20,000 nt of DNA from Conidiobolus incongruus B7586 (taxonomy: Eukaryota): positions 50,631 through 70,630 of the forward strand of contig JNEM01013441.1 in NCBI GenBank assembly GCA_000697335.1. The letters run 5' to 3'. Positions 12,101 through 20,000 of this stretch are shown one piece after another (positions within the stretch are counted from its first letter, which is position 1; every line of letters starts with the position of its first letter). A program made the position numbers and the translations under genes. The notes under the pieces were generated by a model. That model made no database searches. It was given only the letters and a program-made list of their open reading frames with translations, and had not been told where the DNA came from.

Positions 12101-12359
12101 TGGTTTCGCCCTCGGTTTCTGTATTGTGTACATCCCTCCCTTCAACACTGCATTCGGCACCAGCTACCACCTCAGCCCACTCTACTGGCTCTGCCCCATC
12201 GCTGGAGGTGTTGTCATTGTACTTTACTCCGCCCTCCGCTTCTACATCCAACAGAAACGCAATCCCATCAAGTGGAATGAAGAAATTCAAGGCTTACAAA
12301 TGCATCCAACGGTTAGAACTATAGATCAACGTAATCAACAAATCAAAGAAAAATCTTAA
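9123..12359 (+). CDS. P-type ATPase, subfamily IIC (Na+/K+- or H+/K+-ATPase alpha-subunit-like cation pump), 1078 aa, intronless
   Basis: Motifs: LKVDNSSLTGESEPQ (actuator), VPEGL (TM4), DKTGTLT (phospho-Asp350), FEIPFNSDNKW, KGAPE, DPP, MVTGDHPLTA, FARTSPKHK, TGDGVNDSPALKKADLGIAM, GIEEGRLIFSNLKKSI, ILVIDLG. GDHPxTA, FARTSP, GDATESG and EEGRLIFxNLKKSI are typical of IIC rather than ENA (IID) or SERCA/PMCA pumps. About 10 hydrophobic segments. Confidence 0.93.
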   Translation: MSKPAPKKNVNIDEHLLPLEEVCKRYGTDVNALKPDQSPGLSEAKAKEVLAQNGPNILSPPKKVHPIVRFLHCLGALFNLLLILAGILTYVLYGIDPKENAANVYLGGILIGVAFLNALIEFVQLQKSASVLESFLSMIPQQCRLVREGNLKQGAAADLVVGDVVFVRMGDKVPADLLLFQCSELKVDNSSLTGESEPQERLPTNDMQNPLEATNIAFNGTLAVAGEGYGIVIRTGDSTVLGQIAGMTQGEKKNPSPLSVEIDVFVKIIASVAATTAIFFFCLSLGVGRSINATLNFSIGVFVAWVPEGLPATVTMLLTLAAKKMASQNVLVKDLKGVETLGAITLLATDKTGTLTRNQMTVTKIWSNLTMYSALRNLQNANNPISVDSPGLKEIMMNSALNSRAKFDRTDVPIEQREIIGDATESGLTRFSATNLADFDNKPEQHPKVFEIPFNSDNKWAMSINMVSHETGDLTLYLKGAPERVLRLCSTILINNQAIELTEEHKAQFMETYEYMAGQGHRVLAFAQLLLPRDQYPKDYVFNKKEKNYPTKDLTFVGLVSLEDPPKHGVREAIGRCRTAGIRVMMVTGDHPLTAEAIGRKINLMISDTKEKIAKKTNRPIESIPESEVKAIVIHGEQIDSLTDQDWANIFDKEEIIFARTSPKHKLQIVKRAQSIGHIVGVTGDGVNDSPALKKADLGIAMNESGSDVSKEAAAMILLDDNFASTVRGIEEGRLIFSNLKKSIKYTVTHSIPEVIPQLLYIIVPIPLPLSSILILVIDLGFELFAALSYAWDKPESETGLMKLPPRKPVTPGTIERLHRLKSRELKLEIDPETGEEIPASWSQKLSHNISRMFTAVYWKEKFEKTEGEVMVDAGLLSWGYLEAGVIEALTAHIAYFWVLSSFGITPYDAWKAQGNQSEFKYWTLEAAKLVTSTGAVLDGKQQVEALAQAQSIYYLSIMIAQGFNLFACKSRIRYPFGKHMFTNLKNFYGLAIGFALGFCIVYIPPFNTAFGTSYHLSPLYWLCPIAGGVVIVLYSALRFYIQQKRNPIKWNEEIQGLQMHPTVRTIDQRNQQIKEKS

Positions 12360-13410
12360 AACTAATCTTTCCATACAAAAAATGTTTTTATAATTAAATA
12401 GTTAATTCATTTTATACATATATAAATACATATCTATAGTTATTAATTTAATAAACAAATCTTTATCAAAAATATTACATTTTTTTATTTTTTTTTAATA
12501 GTTCACACTGATAATACAATTGATGAATAATAAATAATATTTACTCATTATTTAATACATTATCGCATAAATCTTGTCTCTATTTCTATGACTTGTAACA
12601 CATTAGGCTAACCATAAGCTTGAATTATTTGAATTTATTACTATCATTAAATATTATAATATCTCAAATTAATAAAATAACATATCAATTTAAATCACGG
12701 ATAATTGTAATAATAAATTAATTGATTATAATAATTAGTATTTTAACCAATAAACATTCAATATTTTAATATCATAAACAATCGCCAAATCTAGTTAATT
12801 TTTACTATTAATAATTGATTAAAATTAGGTGGCGAAATCTTACAAATTTTACCCAATTCAATTCTTCAAAAGGTTTAATAAATCATTAATTTTAGATCCT
12901 ATCTATTCCTAAAAATAATTACCTCAATTTGTCTCTATTCAACATAGCTATTTATTTGGAATCAAAAAACAGCAACTATTTTTTTAAATTAATATCACTA
13001 TATAAATATATTTCATAAAATTGATCCAAAGTTTATTATGAATTTACACTTTTTGATTATACACTTGATAAATCAAGAATTTTGAATCAAATTTGATAAC
13101 TATATTCTTATTTAAAATTTGAGATTAGTTAATATATTTTTAATAATACTATACTAATTGAAAGAGATAATAATTATTCTAACGTTTTAAAATAAATATA
13201 AGGCTATAATATTATTAATCTGTCCATTCACAATAATCGATTAATATTTGATATATTAATGTTATCAAAAAATGAATTAATGAATTTTTAATTTTTAATA
13301 AATTTGAAATACTTAAATAGGACGGGAATTTGAAAAATTTTTTTACCAAAAAATATCTTATAAAAGATAAAAATATTTTTAATAAATTATAATATTATAT
13401 CAAATTATAA

Positions 13411-13430
13411 ATATATATATATATATATAT
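13411..13430. repeat. (AT)10 microsatellite
   Basis: Perfect AT dinucleotide run read directly. Confidence 0.85.
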
Positions 13431-13745
13431 GTATATTATTAGATTATTATTTTATCAGTTGTTCAATCCTTTGATATATTTTAAAGATATTAAGTGGTTA
13501 CCTTAAACTAGCTATTATGGTTAATATTTGATATATTAATTAAATCTACTTATTTTAATTTTTGTGCTAAAGCAAATATTATAGTTATGACTAGTGAAAG
13601 TTCATTTTTGTTTGTTTAAAATAATTATTTAAATTATTGAAACAATATAAAAAATTATTCACATTCAATATTTAAATTAAATATTTGAAATATATTTTTA
13701 TATTAATATTCTTTTTATTAACATATTTTTAAACATTAAAAAAAA

Positions 13746-16700
13746 CTATTGAATAAATTTTTGTGATGTCCAGAATTTGAGATATTTCATCATCAAATCA
13801 TTGTCTAAAGCAGGACATTGAGCAATGGATGGGGAAGATGATTTAGTCAATTCGGTTTCAAGGATAGTGCCATGACCTGATAAGAAGACATTGTCAAAGA
13901 AATCTGTCAAAGTGGCAACGGGATTATCATCTGCATTCTGGAACTTGGGATTGGTTTTAAGCTGAGTGATGAATTCTTGTACAGGAACAACTTGGAAATC
14001 AATTCCATATGATTTGAGAGCATTGTAGATGATCTTCCAATCATATTGTACAGGATTAATAATATGAGCAAATGAGTTTTGAGTAGTTTGATCTTGACTT
14101 CCAATCTCAACAATAGCATCAGCTGCAGTGTTCACAGGAATCCAAGTGACAGTAGAGTCTAATATATCAGGACACATCTTCATCACTTGGATTCCTTTGA
14201 CCAACAATGGAATATGTTCAGTAATGTTCCAAGCTCCATTTATAGTATCCCCTGAGATCTGACCAACACGATGGATGTGCAAAGGAATATCATATTCTTG
14301 AGACCATGTTTGAGCAACAGTTTCAGTGACTAGTTTAGAGAGGTTATAACCATTACAAGTGGCAACATTAACAAGCTTGGTACTGAGCTTAGTCTCAGAA
14401 ACAGCTTTAATGTCATATGAAGTAGTTGGGAAAGTTGCACCAATAGTCGATACCAGATTATAAATTACTTTTCTTTGAGACAAGACTGAGAGTTTCATGA
14501 GGTTCTTGGAAGCAGCAATACAATCATCAAAAGCATCTAAACCCTTCAAAAAGTTCATTGTCCATCCAACATGGTGAATATGGGTCAAATTAGAAAGAAT
14601 TGAATCATAAATTTCTTTGGTCAAGCCCAATTGATCTTCATGTAATTTGACAGCAAGTGGAACAATTTTACTGATATGGTCTGGGTTGATTGAAATGAAA
14701 CGTTGGGAAAAGCTACTTTCAAGTTTCTTCTTGGCTTCATTATCGTCTTTAGCTCTGATCATAGCATACACCTTCGATACTTTAGACTGTTGAACCAAGT
14801 TCTTAATCATAAATGATCCCAAAGATCCATTGGATCCAGTGATAGCAATATGGAAATCATCAGTAGGAAGTGGTTTAGCTTGAGGTTTTTCGAGTCCTAA
14901 ATCAGAGTATCTAGCTATATATTGGTCAACTTGTTGTTGATACACTTGTAATGATTTAGTCATGGGTTGCTTTCCTTGCTTAGACTGTTCAATAAAAGCA
15001 ACCAATTTCTCGACAGTATCATTATCATAAATATCAGTTACTTTGAGTTCCAAATTGGATATTTTTGATTTGAGAAGATTTCTGAATCTCATTGCTGATA
15101 ATGAGTCCATTCCATTGCTGAAGAAGCTGTGAGTATTATTAATGGATCTATCAATAGTTAATTTGAAACATGATCGGACAATAGATTCAATACTATTACT
15201 TTCAATAGACCCATTGATATTACGATCATGTGCTTCATCTGAAATATATCCTGATTCCATTTTCTCAACAACTTCTTTCACCTCTTGGTCAAACATTCTG
15301 GCGCACCTGGCTCTCATTAGATTTCCTTTCATTGTAACTGGTAATTTCTTCTCTGAATTCAAAGGTAAATAGTAGATCATTTCATCATAAATACGCGAAT
15401 GTGATGGAGCTGATTCGTTAGCAGACTTGATGAAAGATTTGATTGTTGAAATCACGGTTGGAAGAGAAGTTGAAAGAACTTCAGTTAGGTTTAATTGAAT
15501 CAAAAGGGTGTTCATTTGTTGACCAGTTCCTAAAATTGCACATCTGTCAACAAAAGGACAACGATTAATTTTATCTTCCATTGGGATGGGATTGGTCTTT
15601 TCACCATTTACGTGGATGATGGTGTCATCGGCTCTCGATACATAATTTAATAGCAAAGGATCTTCGCTGATAATTTGGAATAAGTCTTTTGTGGGATAGT
15701 TTCCATCTTCATCTTTATCTTGAACACAAGCCAAACATGGATCATCTTTAAGAATTATCAATTCATATAAATCATTTTCCCATTTTCTAAGGCGATATCT
15801 CAAATTTTTCGCTGGAGCTAATGGAATCAAATATTTACTATTTTTATCAGGAAAGCATCTCATAATCCCACCACATTCTGTGGAACCGAAAATTGAATAA
15901 GGAGTGATCCCATTATCATATATAGCTTGGATCATCAGTTTAGGAAGTTGTGCTCCACCGAATTTAATAATCTCAACAGTTTTGAGGATGTCCCATCCTT
16001 CAGGTGGAGGAACATGATCACAGTATTCGATTAGTTCTTTAATGATTAATGGTAAAATCCAAACAACCTTTGGTGACAGTTTTCGAATCCATTCTAATAT
16101 CGCTTTTGAAGAAGCATGATTTCCCGGGCCAATATCAGGAGTTAATATCGTTCTTTTCATTTGATACAAATTAGATGCTACTATATTAAGAATTCCACCT
16201 GCATGGAATAAAGGAAGAAGATATAACTCTTTCCTATCTAAAGGAAGTTGGAGCAAGGTCTGTCTATTTCCTTCGTTGTGAACAGTCTTGTTCAAAACGG
16301 GAACTAATTTTGGAAATGAAGTTGAGCCTGAGGAATGAAGAGTGTAGGCAACATTATTGAGCTCTTTCTCTTGAGATTTAAGAGGAGCCAAAAGATTAAA
16401 TTCTGTAGGAGAAAGACATTCAGGGAAATGAGCAATCCATTTAGGGACAAAGACCAGTCCGGGGATTTCATTTTTGATTCCTTGTAAGAAATCTTGTAAA
16501 TAATCTTGGTAAACCAGAGCACGACAATTTGACTCTTTCAATAGATGAATGATTGCTTCAAGTGAATTTCGGGGAGACAATAGAACTGGAGCAACGTTTG
16601 CACTCATTAAACCCAGTACGTTCCATAAGTAATGGGAATCTGAGTATGATAGCAATCCAACATTTCTGCCATTTGAAAAGTCGATTTGATGCAGCTGTTC

Positions 16701-16877
16701 ATAAAAATACTTAGCAGAATGGGAATTTACGTGATAGAATTGCTCAAAAGTAATATCAAAGTATTTTCCGTCAGGGTTTATCGTGATTGCAGGATATTGA
16801 TAATTTTTTCCTTTGATAGCATTCTCTCTAATAAGGTCAATATATCTTCCGGTAGATGAATATTTAACAGAAGCCAT
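13746..16877 (-). CDS. NRPS-like adenylation-thiolation-reductase enzyme (carboxylic acid reductase type), 1043 aa, intronless
   Basis: A-domain motifs: LLSPRNS, HSSGSTSFPK (A3), PLFHAGG (A4), FGSTE (A5), YPTKDL (A7), SRADD...NGEK (A8), PVTMKGN (A10 Lys). Carrier domain FFSNGMDSL (phosphopantetheine Ser592, codon 15102-15104). Thioester reductase domain: ITGSNGSLG (Rossmann), HVGWTMNF, VSTIG, GYNLSK (YxxxK), HRVGQISG. No condensation domain. Confidence 0.93.
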   Translation of the reverse strand: MASVKYSSTGRYIDLIRENAIKGKNYQYPAITINPDGKYFDITFEQFYHVNSHSAKYFYEQLHQIDFSNGRNVGLLSYSDSHYLWNVLGLMSANVAPVLLSPRNSLEAIIHLLKESNCRALVYQDYLQDFLQGIKNEIPGLVFVPKWIAHFPECLSPTEFNLLAPLKSQEKELNNVAYTLHSSGSTSFPKLVPVLNKTVHNEGNRQTLLQLPLDRKELYLLPLFHAGGILNIVASNLYQMKRTILTPDIGPGNHASSKAILEWIRKLSPKVVWILPLIIKELIEYCDHVPPPEGWDILKTVEIIKFGGAQLPKLMIQAIYDNGITPYSIFGSTECGGIMRCFPDKNSKYLIPLAPAKNLRYRLRKWENDLYELIILKDDPCLACVQDKDEDGNYPTKDLFQIISEDPLLLNYVSRADDTIIHVNGEKTNPIPMEDKINRCPFVDRCAILGTGQQMNTLLIQLNLTEVLSTSLPTVISTIKSFIKSANESAPSHSRIYDEMIYYLPLNSEKKLPVTMKGNLMRARCARMFDQEVKEVVEKMESGYISDEAHDRNINGSIESNSIESIVRSCFKLTIDRSINNTHSFFSNGMDSLSAMRFRNLLKSKISNLELKVTDIYDNDTVEKLVAFIEQSKQGKQPMTKSLQVYQQQVDQYIARYSDLGLEKPQAKPLPTDDFHIAITGSNGSLGSFMIKNLVQQSKVSKVYAMIRAKDDNEAKKKLESSFSQRFISINPDHISKIVPLAVKLHEDQLGLTKEIYDSILSNLTHIHHVGWTMNFLKGLDAFDDCIAASKNLMKLSVLSQRKVIYNLVSTIGATFPTTSYDIKAVSETKLSTKLVNVATCNGYNLSKLVTETVAQTWSQEYDIPLHIHRVGQISGDTINGAWNITEHIPLLVKGIQVMKMCPDILDSTVTWIPVNTAADAIVEIGSQDQTTQNSFAHIINPVQYDWKIIYNALKSYGIDFQVVPVQEFITQLKTNPKFQNADDNPVATLTDFFDNVFLSGHGTILETELTKSSSPSIAQCPALDNDLMMKYLKFWTSQKFIQ
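14064..14636. repeat. Direct repeat, copy 1 of a 573-nt near-identical segment (copy 2 at 19428-20000, offset 5364)
   Basis: Manual alignment gives 23 mismatches in 573 nt (about 96%) with no indels. The repeat probably continues beyond the window edge. Confidence 0.9.
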
Positions 16878-16934
16878 GTCACTTGTATTAAAGATTTAAA
16901 GTTTTATACTCAAAAATATTATAAAGTCAAAGGC

Positions 16935-16942
16935 TTTTTATA
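16935..16942 (-). promoter_or_regulatory. Putative TATA box of the NRPS-like gene
   Basis: TATAAAAA on the minus strand about 58 nt upstream of the ATG at 16877. Confidence 0.4.
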
Positions 16943-19110
16943 CCTGGTTTTTCTATTTTTCTCTCAGTAATATGAATAATTGTTACGATTTACTAATATA
17001 ATAATTTAAACTTAATTTCAGAAAATTGATATGGTTAAAGGAATTATCCGAAAATATTAATCTATTTTAATATTTTCTAAATTATGAATAATCCAAAAAG
17101 TTTATATTAGTTTAAACTATTGATAAACTGTTTTATAACAAACTAAGTATAAAACTGATAAATTTTATTAAATTATCGGGATTGAGTTAACAATTATATA
17201 ACTTGTCGCTATATGTGTTATATTCAAAAATTTGAAATGATTTAATTGAGCTAAGTCCTCATATTCCCAATATGGAGTTGAATAAGCAACTATTTGTTCA
17301 GATATCTTGAATTATATAAATAATCAGCAATTTTATTTAAAAATTAATAGCTTTTAAAAAGGTAATATTATACAAAATTCAATAAAACGGTTTACCTTAA
17401 ACGACCAATTAAATTGTACTCATCATTTTTTATTAATTCTAATATATTCCTATTTTGAAAAATAATAGCAACAATTTGATTAAATATTTATCAAGTATGA
17501 TTAGTTAATGATTTGATGATGATTATGATTTCACCAGTAAGGATTTGTCAAATATATTTCAGGAATACACAATAAAAATAGTCAATTTGTAAATAACTTT
17601 GAAAATATAATTGCTGCTACTAAAAATGTGCGAGTACAGTAATATTATTTTAAAACTTGATTCAGTATATTGTAAATTAGGATATATACATTATTTATCA
17701 AAATAAATATAAATATTATTATTGTGATAATTAATAAAGTAGTAAATGATTTAATATTTACAGTGGGTGATATAGTAATATTTTATTGTTTCTTTTTCAA
17801 ATATAATTAAATAAAAAATTATTGTACATAATGCACTAATTCAATAAACTATTTTTATATTATAACAAATGTATACTCAGCATTTTGTGGAATTGAATAG
17901 AATTGTTAAATATTTTTTCCTTGATATTTATTAATTTGAATATGATCTCAAGAAATAAATATAGATGATTAATTTCATAATACAATATCATTATATCGTT
18001 TTTATTATGTGAATAAATTATCTTTAGTCTCATTAGTATTACATGGTTAAACTATTTAAGATGTCCGATTCAAAAATCATATAAAAATATCAAAAAAATT
18101 TTAATAATTATATTTTATGTGGAGATAATTATGGATAAGATTATTCAATCAATTTCATTGTGCATGTGATATTTATATCTTATCTAGTTTTATGTATGGT
18201 TGGTGATTATTAATCATATAAGATTTGGCCTTTAGAATATCTTCAATTACTAAAAAGATAAAAATATAGTTTAATATATGATTCTAATGATTCAATATAT
18301 TATAATTATCATTCAAAGACCTTTAAAAGGTAAATAACACTAATTATTGTGACTTTGCTCAAGTATTGTTTTCCTTAAATTTGATTTTAATGTTCGCGTT
18401 GAATAATGAAATGTTTTGGTATTTTCTGTATGATAATTATATTAATACTAGTGTAAATAATAAACATAACCTATTTTGGTTGCTTCAAATTTAATATAAT
18501 ATATAGAAAATAAGGAACCATAGAAATCATTATATATCATAAAAAATTGAAATGTGTTGAGTTATTTAAGTATTAACATCTATTAAAATTTATATCCAGG
18601 ATTAATTAGTTATGAAATATTAATATAAATAAAAATGAAAATTATTTAATCAAAAGACAGTCATCAACTTGATAGAATTGCCAATTTTTTAATTTTAATT
18701 TAGGTTAAACGGGGTATTTATAAATTTTGATGTGATATGAAAATGAGATTAGGGTTTCTATGAACGGTTTATATAATAATTATAATAAGAATTAAAGAAT
18801 TAATCAATAGTTATATAACACAATTAGCTATATTTATTCATCAATTTAATTTTATTTCATTAATATAAAATATTCCTATTACATTGCACATTTGATTAAA
18901 TATTTTCTAAATAAAATTTATAATTATTAAACATTATACCACAAAATTAATTTAAAGCTGGTATAGTTTATATCTAATATAAAATTGTGAGTATAAAATC
19001 AAATAAAGATTAAAAACAATTCATCCTATATTGGTGTGAATCAGTAAGATTTATTGGAATTTAATACTGGAAATAAATTATCAAATGTATAATAATTTGA
19101 AAAACATTAA

Positions 19111-20000
19111 CTAATTGAATCATATTACAAGGATTCAAGAATATGAGATATTTTATCATTAAATCACTTACCATAGGAGGACAGTAAGCGATAGAATGTG
19201 AAGCCAACTTAGTCAATTCCATTTCAAGTACAATTCTGTGGGGTAATAGGAATACATTATCGGAGAATTCGATCAGAGCAGCAATGGGAATGATGTGGAT
19301 TTTGGCACTTAAAATTGGTTTTACGCTAATTAACAAATTCTTGAACAGATACGACTTGGTATCCAACCACATATGATTTCAGAGTGTTGGAGAAAATATT
19401 TCAGTTATATCGCCATAGATTGACAACATGAGCAAATATGTTTTGAGTAGTTTGACCTTGACTTCCAATCTCAACAATAGCATCGGTTGCAGTGTTCACA
19501 GGAATCCAAGTGACAGTAGAGTCTAATATATCAGGACACATCTTCATCACTTGGATTCCTTTGACCAACAATGGAATATGTTCAGTAATGTTCCAAGCTC
19601 CATTTATAGTATCCCCTGAGATCTGATCAACACGATGGATGTGTAAAGGAATATCATATTCTTGAGACCATGTTTGAGCAACAGTCTCTGTGACTAGTTT
19701 AGAGAGGTTATAACCATTACAAGTGGCAACATTAACAAGCTTAGTACCGAGTTTAGTTTCAGGAACAGCTTTAATATCATGTGGAGCAGAAGGGAAAGTT
19801 GCACCAATAGTCGATACCAGATTATAAATTACTTTTCTTTGAGACAAGACTGAGAGCTTCATGAGGTTCTTGGAAGCAGCAATACAATCATCAAAAGCGT
19901 CTAAACCCTTCAAAAAGTTCATTGTCCATCCAACATGGTGAACATGGGTCAAATTAGAAAGAATTGAATCATAAATTTCTTTGGTCAAGCCCAATTGATC
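19111..20000 (-). pseudogene. 3' part (reductase domain) of a tandem paralog of the NRPS-like gene; truncated or pseudogenised; runs off the window end
   Basis: 19428-20000 aligns without gaps to 14064-14636. Further downstream the homologous frame has TGG->TGA (19401-19403), CAG->TAG (19326-19328), a frameshift near 19292 and a displaced native stop near 19111. The conserved HRVGQ is HRVDQ. Track ORFs 19401..19994 and 19061..19372 are pieces of this single gene. Confidence 0.88.

Noticed and set aside
9157..12324. Small overlapping or antisense ORFs inside the ATPase (9157, 9188, 9866, 10103, 11153, 11782, 12093, 12100)
   Set aside because: Shadow ORFs expected from the biased codon usage of the real gene; no recognisable motifs.
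13907..16522. Short alternative-frame or antisense ORFs within the NRPS-like gene (13907, 15142, 16304)
   Set aside because: They overlap a well-supported CDS and have no motifs.
17099..17156. Imperfect inverted repeat and GATA-like words upstream of the NRPS-like gene
   Set aside because: Almost entirely A/T and gapped; expected by chance at this composition.
17500..17710. Slightly GC-richer patch that might be a decayed coding remnant
   Set aside because: Multiple stops in all frames examined and no motif I can identify with confidence; a translated search would be needed.
19061..19372. 103-aa ORF as an independent gene
   Set aside because: Its central part (IPIAALIEFSDNVFL...DLMIKYL) is the frameshifted tail of the NRPS-like paralog; its start and end are out-of-frame or read-through sequence.
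9123..20000. Pump plus NRPS-like genes as a functional biosynthetic cluster (e.g. a self-resistance target)
   Set aside because: Only adjacency supports it. The genes are convergent, share no visible regulatory motif, and no tailoring genes are present. Conserved synteny or co-expression would be required.

Overview
AT-rich eukaryotic DNA, most likely an early-diverging fungus (inferred from short 48-70 nt GT-AG introns, a fungal-type EFR3, a P2C pump and an NRPS-like gene; the taxon cannot be confirmed here). Contents in order: (1) a 9-exon EFR3 gene (570-3513, +; about 830 aa after manual splicing); (2) an intronless tRNA-Trp(CCA) at 5891-5962; (3) an intronless P2C (Na+/K+- or H+/K+-ATPase alpha-like) pump at 9123-12359 with non-canonical ion-binding residues; (4) an intact, intronless NRPS-like adenylation-thiolation-reductase (carboxylic acid reductase type) gene at 13746-16877 (-); (5) the 3' end of a tandem paralog of that gene (about 19111-20000, -). 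The paralog is a mosaic: about 96% identical to the intact copy over 573 nt, then abruptly about 68% identical with two nonsense codons and a frameshift. That mosaic and the altered pump chemistry are the most interesting signals. A decayed Helitron-like 3' terminus may lie at about 7000. I found no convincing evidence of a wholly new multi-gene system.
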